Part shown: positions 62,840-64,000 of the stretch, piece after piece
Position numbering within the stretch: the first letter of the stretch is position 1
Layout: the number at the start of each line of letters is the position of its first letter
Made by a program: the position numbers and the translations under genes
NCBI RefSeq assembly: GCF_006345805.1
Contig: NC_043006.1
Span: 63,922,001 to 63,986,000 of the forward strand
DNA from: Octopus sinensis
Lineage: Eukaryota
Direction: 5' to 3'
Length of the DNA: 64,000 nucleotides
Notes under the pieces: model-generated
Told to the model about the DNA's origin: nothing
Seen by the model: only the letters and a program-made list of their open reading frames with translations
Databases searched by the model: none

Positions 62840-64000
62840 CTAGAGAGATAAAGAGAGAAAATACATTAATGTCAGGATTACAATTCATCATTTAGCAATA
62901 ATATTTCACTTGTTTCAATCATTGGAGAGCAGCCAAGATGGGGCATTGCCTTGCAAGAATTTTAGTTGAAGGAATTGACCCCAGAATTTGATTTTTTTGT
63001 TTTGAAGCCTGGGACTGATTCTTCTAGTTGAATTGCTATGTTATAGGGGATGTAAACACACCAACACCTGTCGTCAATCAGCAGCAAGGGGCAAACAGAG
63101 GCACAGATACACACATGCATATATATATATATATGACAGGCTTCTTTCAGTTTCTGGCTACCATATCCATGCACAAGGCTTTGGTCAACCCAAGGCTACA
63201 GGAGGAGATACTTGCCCAAGGTGCCACAGAACCTGAAACCATGAAGTTGGAATCAAACTTCTTACCACACAGTCACACCTGCACTTTCACACACACAACA
63301 GGTTCATTCAGTTCCCATCTGTTAAATCCACTTACAAGGCTTTGGCCAGCCTGAGGCTATAATCTTATCTCAAATACATGTCCTCAGTTTAATTCTTATT
63401 CCTAATTTCAGCCACTCAACTTTGATTTTCATTCTTCTCCATGGAGGGTGACAGGGGAAATGAAGGGTGTCAAAGTGGTACCAACTGCACAATAGAGTTT
63501 AACTCAATTTATCTTTCACATGAAGAGTTTAGTCAAACAAATCAACAATGAGAGCTGACTTGGGACTAAACTAGCCATTTCAGAAACCACAGAATGAGGA
63601 AATATACAGTATTGCTGGCATTTTTATGCAAGAGTGGGTTAGCTGAAACAGTAGTTCTTAGGGGAGACAACTACACATTTAAGCAATCACTTCATGTCAC
63701 ATGTCTGACCCTTCTATGATACAAATTTCTTGCTTAAAAGTCATTTAAATAAAAACTTTCAACTAAATTCTTTATTCTCAAAATTAATTGAAAGGAAGGC
63801 ATCGGATCTCAACAGAAATATGGTAACAAAATATGGTTAATCCTTTAGCATTTAAACCATCTATATCCGGTCCAAATAGTTTCCTTGGTTTGTTAAAACT
63901 GACCATAACCAGCCTCTCACACCTACTTTACAATGGGATTTCAAAAATTAACAATCACATCAACGAAATCTTGAAGCTATGAGATCATGATTAATTCTAA

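Overview
This is AT-rich, repeat-dense eukaryotic DNA. The repeat families and microsatellite load suggest an Octopus-like cephalopod (inference). Three intron-containing genes can be reconstructed by hand. (1) An Inturned (INTU) homologue on + with coding exons 13702-15239 and 16899-17217 (618 aa); no PDZ-coding exon was found. (2) A SENP1/2-like SUMO protease on + with 17 coding exons from 21567 to 56476 (2037 nt, 678 aa); all junctions are GT-AG and phase-consistent, and the His/Asp/Cys triad is intact. (3) The last two coding exons of an MSL1-like gene on - (62767-62839 and 60976-61081), convergent with the SENP gene and absent from the ORF track. The rest is mobile and repetitive DNA: several tRNA-headed SINE families, many (GAT)n-tailed LINE 3' ends, CR1/L2 and RTE fragments, a decayed mariner, a decayed hAT with TIRs and an 8-bp TSD, TTAA-flanked MITEs, minisatellites and long (TA)-rich microsatellites. 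The most unusual signals are (a) a tRNA-headed element that occurs as head-to-head inverted dimers and whose 3' part folds into a minimal type I hammerhead-ribozyme motif, with a second unrelated repeat showing the same fold, and (b) a 52-bp copy of the INTU exon fused to (CCCTAA)3 inside a SINE in the INTU intron. No single hammerhead copy here has a fully canonical core. All homology calls come from motif recognition, not database searches.
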